Assembly: GCA_002269645.1 (NCBI GenBank)
Contig: NIVC01000024.1
Span: 62,001-126,000 of the forward strand
Origin: Macrostomum lignano
Taxonomy: Eukaryota
Length of the DNA stretch: 64,000 nt
Reading direction: 5' to 3'
This document shows positions 62,088 to 64,000 of this stretch, piece by piece. How positions within the stretch are numbered: position 1 is the stretch's first letter; every line of letters starts with the position of its first letter. A program made the translations under genes and the position numbers. Below the pieces are notes generated by a model that was given only the letters and a program-made list of their open reading frames with translations, did not search any database and was not told the origin of the DNA.

Positions 62088-62632
62088 CAATTGTCACTGA
62101 CAGTCAATCGTCACTGACAGTCAATCGTCACTGACAGTCAATTGTCACTGACAGTCAAATTGTCACTGACAGTCAATTGTCACTGACAGTCAAATTGTCA
62201 CTGACAGTCAAATTGTCACTGACAGTCAATTGTCACTGACAGTCAATTGTCACTGACAGTCAATTGTCACTGACAGTCAATTGTCACTGACAGTCAATTG
62301 TCACTGACAGTCAAATTGTCACTGACAGTCAATTGTCACTGACAGTCAAATTGTCACTGACAGTCAAATTGTCACTGACAGTCAATTGTCACTGACAGTC
62401 AATTGTCACTGACAGTCAAATTGTCACTGACAGTCAAATTGGTACTGACAGTCAAATTGTCACTGACAGTCAATTGTCACTGACAGTCAAATTGTCAGAC
62501 AGTCAATTGTCACTGACAGTCAATTGTCACTGACAGTCAATTGTCACTGACAGTCAATTGTCACTGACAGTCAATTGTCACTGACAGTCAAATTGTCACT
62601 GACAGTCAAATTGTCACTGACAGTCAAATTGT
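62088..62632. repeat. 17/18-bp quasi-palindromic minisatellite (TGACAGTCAA[A]TTGTCAC)
   Basis: Directly visible. It begins inside the coding end of 2H module 2. Confidence 0.95.
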
Positions 62633-63057
62633 CAAGCCGCCGGTCAGTCAGCACTCGATAATAGCCGGTAGCCGAGTCAGACTCAGCCATGCTGCACAGC
62701 TGCACAGACTCCAAGGCCTGGCAGCCAATGTCACAGCCGCGGTCGGCAGCCAGACAGTCCGCATTTAGCCGGCACAGTCGCTGCTGACCTCGGGGCAGAC
62801 GGCTGCACTTTGCCACTGTCAGGTGGGGCTTCCAGACGGAGCCGGGCTGCCGATCGGCTTCCACTTTCAGGCCGGCGTCAACGAATGACGTCATCAACTG
62901 GTTGCGAGCACGCCGAAGCCAGGCCAGGGCCGGGTTCTCCACTAGAGGCACAAACAGGACACGCCGGTTGAAGGAATCGACGCCGAGGAACTGCAGCTCG
63001 AGGCCGGGCGCTTGCGCGGCGACTGAGTTCAACGAATTCTGCAGGGTCTGCTTGGCT
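62571..63057 (-). CDS. AKAP7-like 2H phosphoesterase module 2, C-terminal exon (upstream exons lie beyond the window)
   Basis: Acceptor CCAATTGCAG at 63058, phase 2, at the same position as in module 1. GVDSFNRRVLF, WKPHLTVAK and VQLCSM...GYY are paralogous to 59672-60125. Confidence 0.85.
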
Positions 63058-63134
63058 CTGCAATTGGATTGGATGGGAGAGAGTGACTGACTGCGGTGGG
63101 ACTGTAGCTGGAATTTGTTGCTAATCTTATTAAG

Positions 63135-64000
63135 AACGGGTCCATGAGAAAAAATTGAGAACGGGTCCATGAGAACAGATTGATAACGGGTCCATGAGAA
63201 CAGATTGAGAACGGGTCCATGAGAACAGATTGAGAACGGGTCCATGAGAACAGATTGAGAACGGGTCCATGAGAACAGATTGATAACGGGTCCATGAGAA
63301 CAGATTGAGAACAGGTCCATGAGAACAGATTGAGAACGGGTCCATGAGAACAGATTGATAACGGGTCCATGAGAACAGATTGATAACGGGTCCATGAGAA
63401 CAGATTGAGAGCGGGTCCATGAGAACAGATTGAGAGCGGGTCCATGAGAACAGATTGAGAGCGGGTCCATGAGAACAGATTGAGAGCGGGTCCATGAGAA
63501 CAGATTGAGAACGGGTCTATGAGAACAGATTGAGAGCGGGTCCATGAGAACAGATTGAGAGCGGGTCCATGAGAACAGATTGAGAGCGGGTCCATGAGAA
63601 CAGATTGAGAGCGGGTCCATGAGAACAGATTGAGAGCGGGTCCATGAGAACAGATTGAGAGCGGGTCCATGAGAACAGATTGAGAGCGGGTCCATGAGAA
63701 CAGATTGAGAGCGGGTCCATGAGAACAGATTGAGAACGGGTCCATGAGAACAGATTGAGAACGGGTCCATGAGAAAAGATTGAGAACAAGTTCATGAGAA
63801 CTGATGAGAACAAGTTCATGAGAATCAATGAGAACAAGTTCATGAGAATCAATGAGAACAAGTTCATGAGAATCAATGAGAACAAGTTCATGAGAATCAA
63901 TGAGAACAAGTTCATGAGAATCAATGAGAACAAGTTCATGAGAATCAATGAGAACAAGTTCATGAGAACTGACGAGAACAAGTTCATGAGAATCAATGAG
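63135..64000. repeat. 25-bp (GAGAACAGATTGAGAGCGGGTCCAT) array grading into a 24-bp (GAGAACAAGTTCATGAGAATCAAT) array, intronic
   Basis: Directly visible. It runs to the window end. Confidence 0.95.

Noticed and set aside
63058-63996. N-terminal repeat region of the 399-aa ORF 62571-63770
   Set aside because: Intronic 25-bp array upstream of the phase-2 acceptor at 63058.

Overview
Eukaryotic (animal) genomic DNA with GC-rich exons and AT-rich, repeat-dense non-coding DNA. The overall style fits a free-living flatworm such as Macrostomum; this is inference, not a database result. Spliced gene models rebuilt by hand from GT-AG sites and frame continuity: an SLC46/PCFT-like MFS transporter (+), ACAD9 (-), a YTHDF m6A reader (+), TRAPPC12 (+), a C2H2 zinc-finger gene (+) and two tandem AKAP7-like 2H-phosphoesterase modules (-). 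Also present are an intronless secreted protein (-), a 61-aa six-cysteine secreted peptide (+) and a tentative orphan 4-exon gene (-). Most long ORFs in the supplied track are artefacts of tandem repeats. Dominant unusual feature: most introns are filled, almost from splice site to splice site, by their own 16-36 bp minisatellite. Several units contain splice signals, and one array is a chain of AG|GT micro-intron-like units. Some arrays are internal expansions inside MITEs. The 15-kb interval between the divergent ACAD9 and YTHDF genes is a nest of DNA transposons: a foldback-like element, several 8-bp-TSD MITEs and a dead DD41D Tc1/mariner. Two tRNA-derived SINE families are dispersed through the window. 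No rRNA, bona fide tRNA or CRISPR array was found.
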